A stretch of DNA of 50,826 nt from Pseudomonadota bacterium (GTDB taxonomy: Bacteria; Pseudomonadota; Gammaproteobacteria; JAKAQQ01): contig DAHVLZ010000017.1 in the NCBI GenBank assembly GCA_027320085.1, positions 1 to 50,826 on the forward strand. The letters are read 5' to 3'. This document shows, piece after piece, positions 6,829 through 16,454 of this stretch. Below the pieces are notes generated by a model that was given only the letters and a program-made list of their open reading frames with translations, did no database searches and was not told the DNA's origin. Numbering within the stretch: the first letter of the stretch is position 1; the number at the start of each line of letters is the position of its first letter. Both the position numbers and the translations under genes were made by a program.

Positions 6829-9572
6829 ATCTCGGGATCCGGGGCCGGGTCCTCCTGATCGCCTGGGGCCCCGCCGCCTTGATCGCCATCGCCCTGGCCG
6901 TCTATTTTGTCTCGAGCAACCTGGCCGCCCTGCGGGCGTCCCGCCACACCCTCGGGCAGACCCTCTCCCGCCAGCTGGCACCTGCCGCCCAGTACGGCGT
7001 GCTGTCCAACAACGCCTCGATCCTAAGACGCCTGATCAATCCGGCACTGGCCCAATCGGCCATCTCCTCGATCGTGATCGAGAACCATTCCGGACGCATC
7101 CTGGCCAGTGGATTTCGCAAGCGACACCCCATGAACTGGGTTGAACGCGGAGGACAGTTCATCGCCAACCTCATTTCCGGATCATCCGGCAACGCCTGGA
7201 CCTTTTCCTCTCCCGTCACGATCCGGCCACTTCCGGTCGGCCCGGAGTATGGTCTCTTCCATCACCGCTCCCCGAGATACTCCGCACCGGTGGAGACCCT
7301 GGGCACCGTCCTGGTCACGCTTTCCGCCGAGCACCTGGGCGCCCAGGAAAGCCGGATCCTCATCGAGGGCTTGGTCCTCATGATGCTCGGACTGCTCGCG
7401 ACCTTCATCCTGGCCGAGCGGATGAGCCGCTCGATCACGCACCCGGTGCTCCGCATGCTCCAATCGGTGAGTGAACTGTCCGAAGGCCAGATGTCCGTCC
7501 GGCTGCCGGAAAACTCCCACGGGGAACTGGGGCGGCTCGAACACGGCATCAACCAGCTCGCGGAGCAGATCGGACACAGCACCCGGCAGCTCGAGGCTGA
7601 AGTCACCCAGGCCACCCAGGAACTCCGGGAGACCCTCGAGGAGGTGGAAAGCAAGAACGTCGCCTTGGATCTTGCACGCAAAGAGGCCGTGGCGGCCAAC
7701 CGCGCCAAGACGGCGTTCCTGGCCAACATCAACCACGAGATCCGCACCCCCATGAACACCATCCTGGGTTACGCGGATTTCCTCACGGCCACGCCCCTGG
7801 ACGCGGACCAACACGAGTATCTCGGGTGGATCCAGCGCTCCGGCCAGCACCTGCTCAGTCTGATCGACGAGGTCCTGCATTTCTCCCGCATCGAGGCCGG
7901 GCACCTGGATCTCTCGCAGGCACCCTGCGATGTCCACATCCTGCTCGAGGAAGTGATTGCCGCACTCGCCCCGCAGGCCCTGCAGAAAGGCCTGGATTTC
8001 CTGCCGGACCTCTACGAGGGACCACCGCTCCAGGTGCTGACGGATGCCGGCCGCCTGCGCCAGATCCTGAACAACCTGATCGGCAACGCCATCAAGTTCA
8101 CCGAGTACGGCCTGATTCGCGTCCGGGCCCGGCAGGAGAGCGAGGCGGACCGGATCACCTTCCACTTCGACGTCGAGGACGAAGGCATCGGCCTGTCACC
8201 CGAAGACCAGGCCCGCATCTTCGAGCCCTTTGCCCAGGCCGACAGTTCAACCTCCCGTCGTTTTGGCGGTGTCGGACTGGGACTGGCGATCTGCCGGCGC
8301 ATCGTCGAGGCCATGAAGGGAACCATCCAGGTGGAGAGCCGGCCCGGGTCCGGAACCCGGTTTGGAGTCCGACTGAGCTTCCCGCCGGTCCCCGATGCCC
8401 TCCCCGTCTCGTATACCTCCTTCCCCTACCGGATTCGCCTTTCAGGCCCTCCCATCTACCGGGACTGTTTCGTACGACGTTTCACAGCGTGGGGGTTCGA
8501 GGTACTCCCCGCAGAAGAGACTGCCCAGGCGGAGCCCTCCTCTCCGGAGCCGGACTCCAAGCAGCCGGTTCTCGAGGTCGAAATTCTCGGGATTTCCGAC
8601 CTGACCCAGGATCTTCTCTCGGCCCCTGCCGAGGCCGTTCCGGAGCATTCGCGGCGGCTGGTGCTGGCCGCCACCGCCGACCGCCAGGAGCAGCGGCGGA
8701 TCGGCCAGGCCCGGCACGCCATCTGCCTGCCCGTCCATGCCACCGTCCGTGACCTCAAACAGGCCTTGGTCGAACTGCTTCAAGCCACACCCACCACACC
8801 TGCACCGAGGCGGCGGGACTCGGAGGCTGATTTCTGGAATCTCTTCCGTGAGGAACTGCCCCGCCAGGTGCAAGTCCTGCGCGAGGCCTGGACGATCCAT
8901 CCGGATCCGCAGAAAATCCGGGAGGCCCTCCATCAGCTGGAAGGCACGGCCCGCTTCTGCAAGCTCCCCGCCCTCCAGGTGGCCATCTCCCGGCTCCGCA
9001 GCCACGGACAAAACCACCCGGATGATCATGGCCTCCGCTCGGCCGCCTGGCAGGACCTCGATCAGGCCGTCGCGGCAATCCTCAAAGATCCCACGACCCG
9101 CATCCTCACACCGGCTCGACCACCGCAGGCGAACCCTTCGGGCCTGCTGGCCGGGATCCGTACGTTGGTTGCCGAGGACAATGCCATCAACCGGACCCTG
9201 ATCGGCCGCATGCTGGAACAGCAGGGGGCCCGTGTGTGGTTATGCCCGAATGGGGTCGGCCTGGTCGGCATGATCGACAGCGTGGAACCGGACCTGGTCC
9301 TCCTGGACATCCACATGCCGGAAATGGACGGCATCGAAACTGCACGGCGGATCACGGCCAACCATCCGAATCTCCCGCTCATTGCAATCAGTGCCGACAT
9401 TCTTCCGGAGACCCGGATCCGCGCCCTCAACTCCGGAATCCATGAATATCTCGTCAAGCCGATCCGGGCAGTTACCCTGGCCGAGACCATCCAGCGCGTG
9501 CTCAGCCGTGTGTCCCGCCCCCAAAGGCCACCGCAAAGGCCAGAGCCCACTCCAGCTCATCCGTCAAACTGA
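6825..9572 (+). CDS. barA: BarA/GacS-like hybrid sensor histidine kinase (TM-periplasmic-TM, HAMP, HisKA, HATPase, degenerate REC, HPt, REC)
   Basis: FLANINHEIRTP (His304), NLIGNAIKFT, DEGIG, GGVGLGLAI; HPt-like LHQLEGTARFC (His703); receiver AEDN...LLDIHMP (Asp828)...KP; lies divergent from the rlmD operon as barA does. Confidence 0.8.
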   Translation: MNLGIRGRVLLIAWGPAALIAIALAVYFVSSNLAALRASRHTLGQTLSRQLAPAAQYGVLSNNASILRRLINPALAQSAISSIVIENHSGRILASGFRKRHPMNWVERGGQFIANLISGSSGNAWTFSSPVTIRPLPVGPEYGLFHHRSPRYSAPVETLGTVLVTLSAEHLGAQESRILIEGLVLMMLGLLATFILAERMSRSITHPVLRMLQSVSELSEGQMSVRLPENSHGELGRLEHGINQLAEQIGHSTRQLEAEVTQATQELRETLEEVESKNVALDLARKEAVAANRAKTAFLANINHEIRTPMNTILGYADFLTATPLDADQHEYLGWIQRSGQHLLSLIDEVLHFSRIEAGHLDLSQAPCDVHILLEEVIAALAPQALQKGLDFLPDLYEGPPLQVLTDAGRLRQILNNLIGNAIKFTEYGLIRVRARQESEADRITFHFDVEDEGIGLSPEDQARIFEPFAQADSSTSRRFGGVGLGLAICRRIVEAMKGTIQVESRPGSGTRFGVRLSFPPVPDALPVSYTSFPYRIRLSGPPIYRDCFVRRFTAWGFEVLPAEETAQAEPSSPEPDSKQPVLEVEILGISDLTQDLLSAPAEAVPEHSRRLVLAATADRQEQRRIGQARHAICLPVHATVRDLKQALVELLQATPTTPAPRRRDSEADFWNLFREELPRQVQVLREAWTIHPDPQKIREALHQLEGTARFCKLPALQVAISRLRSHGQNHPDDHGLRSAAWQDLDQAVAAILKDPTTRILTPARPPQANPSGLLAGIRTLVAEDNAINRTLIGRMLEQQGARVWLCPNGVGLVGMIDSVEPDLVLLDIHMPEMDGIETARRITANHPNLPLIAISADILPETRIRALNSGIHEYLVKPIRAVTLAETIQRVLSRVSRPQRPPQRPEPTPAHPSN

Positions 9573-9897
9573 GTTCCACACCGGTCACACCCGCCTCCAG
9601 TAAGCGGTCCGACATCCGGCCCGGTGCAAAGTGCACGACCGGCTTGCCCCTCTGATCGGCCAGGATGCTCATGGCCTGAAGCGAAACCCCGGCGGAAAAA
9701 CCGGTACCCAAAGCCTTCGCAACCGCCTCCTTGGCCGCGAATCGGAGGGCCAGATAGCGGGCCGATTCATGCCGACGGGCCCACTCCTCCCGCTCCTGCA
9801 CGGTCAGGATACGCTGGGCGAGGCGGACGCCATGTCGCCTCCAGAGCCTTTCCATCCGCGGAATGGAAACCAGGTCGGTCCCGATCCCGTAGATCAC
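9502..9897 (-). CDS. acpS: Holo-[acyl-carrier-protein] synthase
   Basis: MIYGIGTDLV, RFAAKEAVAKALGTG, GKP, SLTDE; follows pdxJ. Confidence 0.95.
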   Translation of the reverse strand: MIYGIGTDLVSIPRMERLWRRHGVRLAQRILTVQEREEWARRHESARYLALRFAAKEAVAKALGTGFSAGVSLQAMSILADQRGKPVVHFAPGRMSDRLLEAGVTGVELSLTDELEWALAFAVAFGGGTHG

Positions 9898-10631
9898 GGC
9901 ACTCCCCCCCGGCGAGCATCCCTCATCTGCTCCTTCATGAGGCGGGTGGCCGCCTCCAGTCCGACGAAGACCGCCCGGCTCACGATGGCATGCCCGATAT
10001 TCAGAGTCTCGATTTCCGGGATCGCCGCCACCCGACCGACCGAGTCATAGTCCAAGCCATGTCCGGCATGCACCGCAAGCCCGCGGGAACGGGCCAGACG
10101 GGCGGCGGCGCCCAGGCGCTCGAGCCGGTGGGCACGGGAGGCGGCATCCCGGGATTCGGCGTAGGCGCCGGTATGCAGTTCGACGGCGCTGACCCCAAGT
10201 TCAGCCGCGGTCTCAATCTCGTCGTCTACAGGATCGATGAACAGGGCCACCCGGATCCCAACCTCCGAGAGCCGCTGCACCACCGGAAACAGGCGGTGTG
10301 CCAGGAGGCGGACCGCGAGTCCGCTTTCCGTGGTCCGTTCCGCCCGCCGTTCCGGCACGAAACAGACCTCGGCCGGCCGGATCGACTCCGCGAACTCGAC
10401 GATGACCGAGTTCAGGCTCATTTCCAGGTTGATCGGCAGGGGCAGCGCCCGGACGAGACGGGTCACGTCGGATTCCTGGATGTGGCGACGATCCTCGCGC
10501 AGGTGAACCGTGATGTTGTCTGCCCCTCCGCGGAGCGCCAGTCGGGCCGCGGCCACCGGATCCGGGTAGACCGTCTGCCGTGCTTCGCGCAGAGTGGCGA
10601 CGTGATCGACATTGACCCCGAGCCGGATCAT
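9894..10631 (-). CDS. pdxJ: Pyridoxine 5'-phosphate synthase
   Basis: LGVNVDHVATLR, HLREDRRHIQ, ELHTG, HAGHGL, LNIGH; ATG at 10631 with GGAGG RBS. Confidence 0.97.
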   Translation of the reverse strand: MIRLGVNVDHVATLREARQTVYPDPVAAARLALRGGADNITVHLREDRRHIQESDVTRLVRALPLPINLEMSLNSVIVEFAESIRPAEVCFVPERRAERTTESGLAVRLLAHRLFPVVQRLSEVGIRVALFIDPVDDEIETAAELGVSAVELHTGAYAESRDAASRAHRLERLGAAARLARSRGLAVHAGHGLDYDSVGRVAAIPEIETLNIGHAIVSRAVFVGLEAATRLMKEQMRDARRGGVP

Positions 10632-10653
10632 CGGATTCGCACCCTCCACCGCA

Positions 10654-11373
10654 TCAGGCTCCATGGCGACGGGCAAAGAGCAAAAGCGACTCCACCCAGG
10701 GCCGCACACCCGGGCTCTGCCCCCTCCCATGAAAGGCGTAGACACCCTCCAGCAGGCGGCGGCTGGCCTGGAGTGAGGCCTCATCGCTCCAGCTGCCGTG
10801 ACTCAGGTCCAAAAGCACCCGGCCCTCGATGCCGGATACTCCGTCCGGCAACCGCCGCGCCCCGGAGCCGGGATCGAACTCATAGTGGGCCGCGGGCCGG
10901 ATCGGCTCGCGGCTCCCCGCCTCTTCGAGGAGATTGAGACCGTAGCCGAGCTCGACCAGGAGGTCCCGTTCGAACAGGCATACCACCTGGGCCGGCGGGA
11001 TTCCTTCCTCCAGAGCAGATAGCGCACCGGTATAGCGGGCATAAAGCGAAACCAGCGGTTCAAAGCGCTCGGTCAGGCGGAGAATCAGGTCGTGGAGATG
11101 GAAACCGGCCCATAGGGCATGACCCCGGAGGCAAACTGGAGGGCCGGCCCGTTCCGCGCTTCGAAGGGTGGGCAGGCGATTCTCGTGGCCGCTCCAGCAC
11201 ACGCTCCAGGGCGTGAAGGGCTCGAGACGCTGGGTCTTCGGGGATCTGCGGGTTCCCCGGGCAAGGAGGCCGATCCGGCCCTCCCGCCTCGTGAGCAGTT
11301 CGACGATCTGGCTGGTCTCTCCGTAGTCCCGGGTATGCAGGACCCAGGCCGGTTCGTCCCAGACCCGGATCAT
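10654..11373 (-). CDS. recO: DNA repair protein RecO
   Basis: VLHTRDYGETSQIVELLT..GRI.LLARG, LEPF, FERDLL.ELGYG; between era and pdxJ with ATGA coupling. Confidence 0.93.
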   Translation of the reverse strand: MIRVWDEPAWVLHTRDYGETSQIVELLTRREGRIGLLARGTRRSPKTQRLEPFTPWSVCWSGHENRLPTLRSAERAGPPVCLRGHALWAGFHLHDLILRLTERFEPLVSLYARYTGALSALEEGIPPAQVVCLFERDLLVELGYGLNLLEEAGSREPIRPAAHYEFDPGSGARRLPDGVSGIEGRVLLDLSHGSWSDEASLQASRRLLEGVYAFHGRGQSPGVRPWVESLLLFARRHGA

Positions 11374-12278
11374 CCGCCGGACTCCGGTCCCGGCGGGGAC
11401 TCGCGGGGCTGATGGAGGGTCCAATCGGGGTCAACTTCGACCCGGCTCCGCAGCAGGACCGGTCGGCCGAGGCGCGCTTCGAGCGTATGGCGGACCCGCG
11501 TACCTGCGGTCTTGAGCCTCTGCCCGCCGGCACCGATCACGATCCCCCTCTGGCCCGGGCGTTCCACCCAGACCCGGAGATCCACCTCGACCCCGCGCCC
11601 GGTCTCCTGCCAGGACGCGCAGACAACGTGGAGGGCATAGGGCAGCTCAGCCGAGAGATCCAGCATGAGCTGCTCCCGGAAGAGTTCGGCCGCCTGGTCG
11701 GGCCAGGGAAGCCCCGTGCCTCTCGTGCCGAAGGCCGCGCGGGACGGGAGCGGGGCGGGACACGCGGAGCGGATCTGGTCGGCGAGCACCGCCAGGTTTT
11801 CGCCCCGGCGCGCAGAGACTGGCACCAGAAATGAAAAGGGGGCGCGTTTCGCGAGTTGTTCGAGAAAGGGTAATAGCGCCGTCCGGGGCTTGATGCGGTC
11901 GATCTGGTTGACCACGACCCCGAGCGGCTTGCTGAAACCGAGGGCCCGCTCGAGCAGGCGATCGTCTTCGTCCCGCCACTCGAGACCCGCCACCACGAGC
12001 AAAAGGAGATCCGATTCGAGAGCGGCATTCCAGACGACATCGTTGAGACGGAGCTGGAGGCGGTGTCGGGGCCGGTCCAGGGCCCCGGGCGTGTCCCAGA
12101 TCCGGATCTCGGGCTCCCCCCCGGGCAGTGGCGCAGCCACCACGAGGCGGGTGGTCGCGGGTTTCGGGGTGACGATACTGAGCCGGCTGCCGGCCAGGGC
12201 GTTGAAAAGTGTCGACTTGCCGACATTGGGCCGGCCCAGGAGCACGGCGGCCCTCACGTTGTCGGTCACCTCAGTCAT
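11370..12278 (-). CDS. era: GTPase Era
   Basis: GRPNVGKST, TTR, DTPG, G4 variant NQID, VSA, ELPY and KH motif VIGAGG; rnc-era-recO order. Confidence 0.93.
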   Translation of the reverse strand: MTEVTDNVRAAVLLGRPNVGKSTLFNALAGSRLSIVTPKPATTRLVVAAPLPGGEPEIRIWDTPGALDRPRHRLQLRLNDVVWNAALESDLLLLVVAGLEWRDEDDRLLERALGFSKPLGVVVNQIDRIKPRTALLPFLEQLAKRAPFSFLVPVSARRGENLAVLADQIRSACPAPLPSRAAFGTRGTGLPWPDQAAELFREQLMLDLSAELPYALHVVCASWQETGRGVEVDLRVWVERPGQRGIVIGAGGQRLKTAGTRVRHTLEARLGRPVLLRSRVEVDPDWTLHQPRESPPGPESGG

Positions 12279-12936
12279 GTCCGATCCGGTCGAGCAGGGC
12301 CGCTGCGGCCGCCTGCTCGGCGAGGCGCACGCTGGAACCGCGTCCCTCATCGGCCAACCCCCGCGCCGGAACCTCGCAACGAACCCGGAACGAACGACGA
12401 TGTCCCGGCCCGGCTGCGGACTGCAGGATATATGCCGGCGGCGGCAATCCGGCACCCTGCAACAGCTCCTGCAAGCGGGTTTTCGGGTCTTTCTGGTCTG
12501 CCAGGCGTTCGGCCGCCGGCCAGCGTCGCTCGAGCAGGCGTTCGACGGCGGTCCGGGCCGTCTCCGCTCCAGCCTCGCAGGCAATCGCACCGAGGAGGGC
12601 CTCGAGGGTCGAGGCGAGGACGCGTTCACGGGCGGCAGGATCGGACAGTACGCCCAGCCCGGCCCGCAACGCGGTCTCCAGTCCGATCTCCCGGGCCAAC
12701 TCGGCCAAAACCGGCCGACTGACCAGTCTCGCCCGGGCCCGTGTCAGGCGGCCTTCATCCCACTCCCCGAAGCGGCGGTAGAGACCCTCGGCCACGGCCC
12801 AGCCGAGCACGGCATCCCCCAGAAACTCGAGCCGCTCGTTATGGGGCTCCCCCCGACTGCGATGGGTCAAGGCCTGGGCACAAAGCGCACGATCACGGAA
12901 GACATGGCCCAGTCCGGTTTCAAACGGCTGCGGCAA
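12271..12936 (-). CDS. rnc: Ribonuclease III
   Basis: ALTHRS, NERLEFLGDAVL signature, KDPKTRLQE dsRBD, AEQAAA; TTG start. Confidence 0.95.
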   Translation of the reverse strand: MPQPFETGLGHVFRDRALCAQALTHRSRGEPHNERLEFLGDAVLGWAVAEGLYRRFGEWDEGRLTRARARLVSRPVLAELAREIGLETALRAGLGVLSDPAARERVLASTLEALLGAIACEAGAETARTAVERLLERRWPAAERLADQKDPKTRLQELLQGAGLPPPAYILQSAAGPGHRRSFRVRCEVPARGLADEGRGSSVRLAEQAAAAALLDRIGHD

Positions 12937-12940
12937 GAAC

Positions 12941-13327
12941 CTACTCCGAACCAGGCGGGGGCACCGGCACGTTGACGCTGTGATGGAAATGGACGATGAA
13001 TCCGACGTTGCCGATGAACGGGGTCTTTTCCGAATAATCCACGGTGAGCACGAGGTGATGATGGACCCGGTTGATCAGGACGTTCCGGGAATGGATGGCA
13101 TCGATCTGGTTGACCACGAACTGCCGGACAATGGCGCGGAAAATCTGATGCCGGCTGAGTGTGGGTTCCTCGTGTGCCGCCGCATCGACCGCCGACCGGA
13201 TCGTGAGATATTCAAGGTAGACGGGGATCAGGCGGACGGCCGCCAGGGCGAAAATCGTGAACAGGCACAGCGAAAGCACCCAGCCCACGAAACTCATTCC
13301 CTGCTGGCCTCGCTTGGATTTCGGCAT
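12941..13327 (-). CDS. DUF4845 family membrane-anchored protein
   Basis: Q(Q)GMS prepilin-like leader, TM helix, P.YLEY, VDYSE..PFIGNV; conserved position between lepB and rnc. Confidence 0.82.
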   Translation of the reverse strand: MPKSKRGQQGMSFVGWVLSLCLFTIFALAAVRLIPVYLEYLTIRSAVDAAAHEEPTLSRHQIFRAIVRQFVVNQIDAIHSRNVLINRVHHHLVLTVDYSEKTPFIGNVGFIVHFHHSVNVPVPPPGSE

Positions 13328-13341
13328 GGCATAACCCTCCC

Positions 13342-14106
13342 TCAGTGGATTATACGGCCGATCCGGCTCCAGATCGGCATATGGGAAAACGCATCCCAGT
13401 TGAACCAGACGACCACTGCGGGCCCGATCAGATCCCGGTTGGGAACACTGCCCCAGTACCGGCTGTCATCGCTGTCATCACGGTTATCGCCCATCATGAA
13501 GTAGTGGCGGGGGGGGACCAGGTAGCGGCCCGTGGGGGCCGGAAGACCCGGCGTAATGAGGATTTCGTGCTTGACGTGACCGAGCTGCTCCACGCACAGC
13601 CGGGATCCGGACTCCCCGTCCGGTCCGCGGTAGAGGCCCTTGCAGACATGGGGGACCCGATGGTGATTGATCCACAAGCGGTTGCCCTGGTAGCGGACCC
13701 AATCGCCCGGCACGCCAACCACCCGCTTGATGTAATCGACCGACGGGTTGAGCGGGTAACGGAACACCGTCACCTGGCCCACGCGGGGGTGACCGGTCGG
13801 GATGATCACCGTGTTGGTCACCGGGAGCCGGATCCCGTAGTCGAACTTGTTGACCAGGATGAAATCGCCGATGAGCAGGGTCGGGGCCATGGATCCCGAG
13901 GGAATCCGGAAGGGCTCGAAGAGAAAGGACCGGATGAGGACCAGGACCAGCAGGATGGGAAAGAACGAGCGGGCGTACTCGACCAGGCTCCGGGCCGGAA
14001 GTCCTGCCCCCCGGCGCCGGCGCCAGACGACATCCGCGAGCCAGATCAGTCCGGACACCGCAAGGATGATCAGGAAAACTGCCGAATATCCGAAAACTGC
14101 CATCAC
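13342..14106 (-). CDS. lepB: Signal peptidase I
   Basis: EPFRIPSGSM (Ser), DYIKRVVGVPGD (Lys), GDNRD.S.DSRYWG. Confidence 0.97.
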   Translation of the reverse strand: MMAVFGYSAVFLIILAVSGLIWLADVVWRRRRGAGLPARSLVEYARSFFPILLVLVLIRSFLFEPFRIPSGSMAPTLLIGDFILVNKFDYGIRLPVTNTVIIPTGHPRVGQVTVFRYPLNPSVDYIKRVVGVPGDWVRYQGNRLWINHHRVPHVCKGLYRGPDGESGSRLCVEQLGHVKHEILITPGLPAPTGRYLVPPRHYFMMGDNRDDSDDSRYWGSVPNRDLIGPAVVVWFNWDAFSHMPIWSRIGRIIH

Positions 14107-14202
14107 CGGGCCTCAGGTCAGACGGGAAGAAAATCCGGGGTGCAAAAACCACTCTGTGCCCCCCACGGGGCACCCGCCCGAGGTCGCACGACGACCGCCT
14201 GC

Positions 14203-14208
14203 ATTATA
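14203..14208 (-). promoter_or_regulatory. Putative -10 element (TATAAT) in the lepA-lepB gap
   Basis: Perfect TATAAT on the minus strand within GC-rich DNA, about 100 nt upstream of lepB; no clear -35. Confidence 0.4.
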
Positions 14209-14253
14209 TAGCGCGGGGCCCGCACGAGGAATCACCGGGCCTGCATCTCGCGC

Positions 14254-16053
14254 TCAATCCACGGCCGAATGCTTGAGCACAGCCAAAAATGCCTCCTGGG
14301 GAATCTCGACCTTGCCGAGGCGCTTCATGCGTTTTTTCCCCTCTTTCTGCTTCTCGAGCAGCTTCCGTTTCCGGGTCACGTCCCCCCCGTAACACTTGGC
14401 GATGACATTTTTCCGCAAGGCCTTGACGGTGGCCCGGGCAATGACCTGGGTACCGATCGTGGCCTGGAGTGCCACCTCGAACATCTGGCGCGGGATCAAC
14501 CGTTGCAGGCGGTCCACGAGTTCCCGGCCGCGGGCATAGGCCACGTCCCGGTGCACGATCGTGGAAAAGGCATCGACCGACTCCCCATTGACCAAGAAAT
14601 CCAGGCGGACCAGCCGGGAGGGGCGGAACCCGATGAAACGGTAATCGAAGGAGGCATAGCCCCGGGATGCGGACTTCAGACGGTCGAAGAAGTCCAGGAC
14701 CACCTCGCTCAGCGGAAGCTCGTATTCCAGGGCCACCTGCCGGGCGTAATAGTGCAGGCCGGTCTGCCGCCCCCGTTTCTCCTGGCACAAGGCGATCAAG
14801 GCACCCAGGTGATCCGGTGGGGTCAGCATCCGGGCGGAGATGATCGGCTCGCGGATCTCACGGATCAGCGAGACAGCCGGCAGGCCGCTCGGGTTGTTCA
14901 CCATGAGGGTTCGCCCATCCAGGAGAACCACCTCGTAATGCACGGTGGGTACGGTCGTGATGAGGCTCAGGTGATACTCCCGCTCGAGCCGCTCCTGGAC
15001 GATCTCCATGTGGAGCAGTCCGAGGAAGCCGCACCGGAATCCGAATCCGAGGGCGACCGAGGTCTCGGGTTCGTAGCTCAGGGCCGAATCATTGAGGCGG
15101 AGCTTGGAAAGGGCGTCGCGGAAGGCCTCGTATTGTTCGGAATCGGTGGGGAACAATCCGGCATAGACCCGCGGGTGCACCGGCTCGAAACCGGCGAGAG
15201 GCGCCGTGGCCGGACGATCCGCCTGCATCACCGTATCGCCGACCGGCGCTCCCTCGACCTCCTTGATACCGGCAATGAGATATCCCACCTCGCCGGCCTC
15301 CAGCGCCGGACAGTCCTCCATCTGGAGGGGGCGGAAGAGCCCGACCCGGTCGACCGGGTGGGCCCGGCGGGTCGAAAACAGCTCGATCCGGGAGTGCGCC
15401 GCCAAGCGGCCTTCCTGGACCCGGACCAGGGAAATCACCCCGACGTAGTTGTCGAAACGGGAATCGATGATGAGCGCACGGAGGGGATCCGTGGACCGGC
15501 CGGCCGGCGGGCGGATCCGCCGGGTCACAGCCTCGAGCAGCTCGCGCACCCCCGCTCCCGTCTTCGCACTGACCCGGAGTGCCGAGTGGGCCTCGATCCC
15601 GATCACGTCCTCGATTTCCGCAATGACCCGATCCGGATCGGCTGCCGGCAGGTCGATTTTGTTGATGACCGGAATGATCTCGAGTCCCTGTTCGATGGCC
15701 TGATAGCAGTTCGCAACGCTCTGCGCCTCCACGCCCTGGACCGCATCCACCACGAGGAGCGCCCCTTCACAGGCCGCCAGCGATCGGGAGACCTCGTAGG
15801 AAAAATCGACATGTCCGGGTGTATCAATCAGGTTGAAACGGAAGACCTCGCCGCTTTGTGCGCGGTAATCGAGGGCGACACTCTGGGCCTTGATGGTGAT
15901 GCCTCGCTCGCGCTCGATCTCCATCGAATCGAGCACCTGGTCCATCATGGCCCGCTTGGGAAGCCCGCCGCAGAGCTCGATGAAACGATCCGCCAGGGTG
16001 GATTTACCATGGTCGACATGGGCCAGGATGCAGAAATTACGGATCCGGTCCAT
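14254..16053 (-). CDS. lepA: Elongation factor 4 (LepA)
   Basis: [58 protein letters not shown]. Confidence 0.98.
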   Translation of the reverse strand: MDRIRNFCILAHVDHGKSTLADRFIELCGGLPKRAMMDQVLDSMEIERERGITIKAQSVALDYRAQSGEVFRFNLIDTPGHVDFSYEVSRSLAACEGALLVVDAVQGVEAQSVANCYQAIEQGLEIIPVINKIDLPAADPDRVIAEIEDVIGIEAHSALRVSAKTGAGVRELLEAVTRRIRPPAGRSTDPLRALIIDSRFDNYVGVISLVRVQEGRLAAHSRIELFSTRRAHPVDRVGLFRPLQMEDCPALEAGEVGYLIAGIKEVEGAPVGDTVMQADRPATAPLAGFEPVHPRVYAGLFPTDSEQYEAFRDALSKLRLNDSALSYEPETSVALGFGFRCGFLGLLHMEIVQERLEREYHLSLITTVPTVHYEVVLLDGRTLMVNNPSGLPAVSLIREIREPIISARMLTPPDHLGALIALCQEKRGRQTGLHYYARQVALEYELPLSEVVLDFFDRLKSASRGYASFDYRFIGFRPSRLVRLDFLVNGESVDAFSTIVHRDVAYARGRELVDRLQRLIPRQMFEVALQATIGTQVIARATVKALRKNVIAKCYGGDVTRKRKLLEKQKEGKKRMKRLGKVEIPQEAFLAVLKHSAVD

Positions 16054-16178
16054 ACCGGGTCAGCGCTCCCAACCGCAACCCGTCCGGACCGGTCCTGGGT
16101 ATCCGGTCGCAACCGGCAAGCTGTCATTCACCGCTGGGGGATTCCGTCTTCGGGGCCGAGAGGCACCATTCTACGGGT

Positions 16179-16454
16179 TCAGGCCGGGCCGCGGGGCCGG
16201 ATGGGGAGTATCGGCAGTGCCTGTTCCAGGCTTTCCGGGTCCCAGCGCCCCTCGACGATCACCCGGTTCTCCCTGAGGAGGACCGGAACCCGCGATCCGT
16301 AACGGTCGACCAGATCGGGGGCACTGTCCACATCGAGCACTTCCACCCAGGCGTCGGTTGTCTCACCGAAGTGGGCCCGGAGGTACTGCTCGAGTCGTTC
16401 ACAGGGCGGGCATTTCCGGCGCCGGATGAGCTGCCAGGGCGGCTTGGCCTTCAC
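16179..16454 (-). CDS. Glutaredoxin-like protein (DUF836 type)
   Basis: CPPC motif, LDVDS..DL..RYG.RVPVL; GTG start overlapping the rseB stop; usual position upstream of lepA. Confidence 0.78.
   Translation of the reverse strand: MKAKPPWQLIRRRKCPPCERLEQYLRAHFGETTDAWVEVLDVDSAPDLVDRYGSRVPVLLRENRVIVEGRWDPESLEQALPILPIRPRGPA

Noticed and set aside
14269-16302. 677-aa ORF antisense to lepA, and similar long shadow ORFs (9624-10937, 11665-12975, 24486-25922, 31258-32652, 37964-39331, 45854-47164)
   Set aside because: They lie opposite well-identified genes and have no recognisable motifs; stop-free antisense frames are expected in GC-rich DNA.
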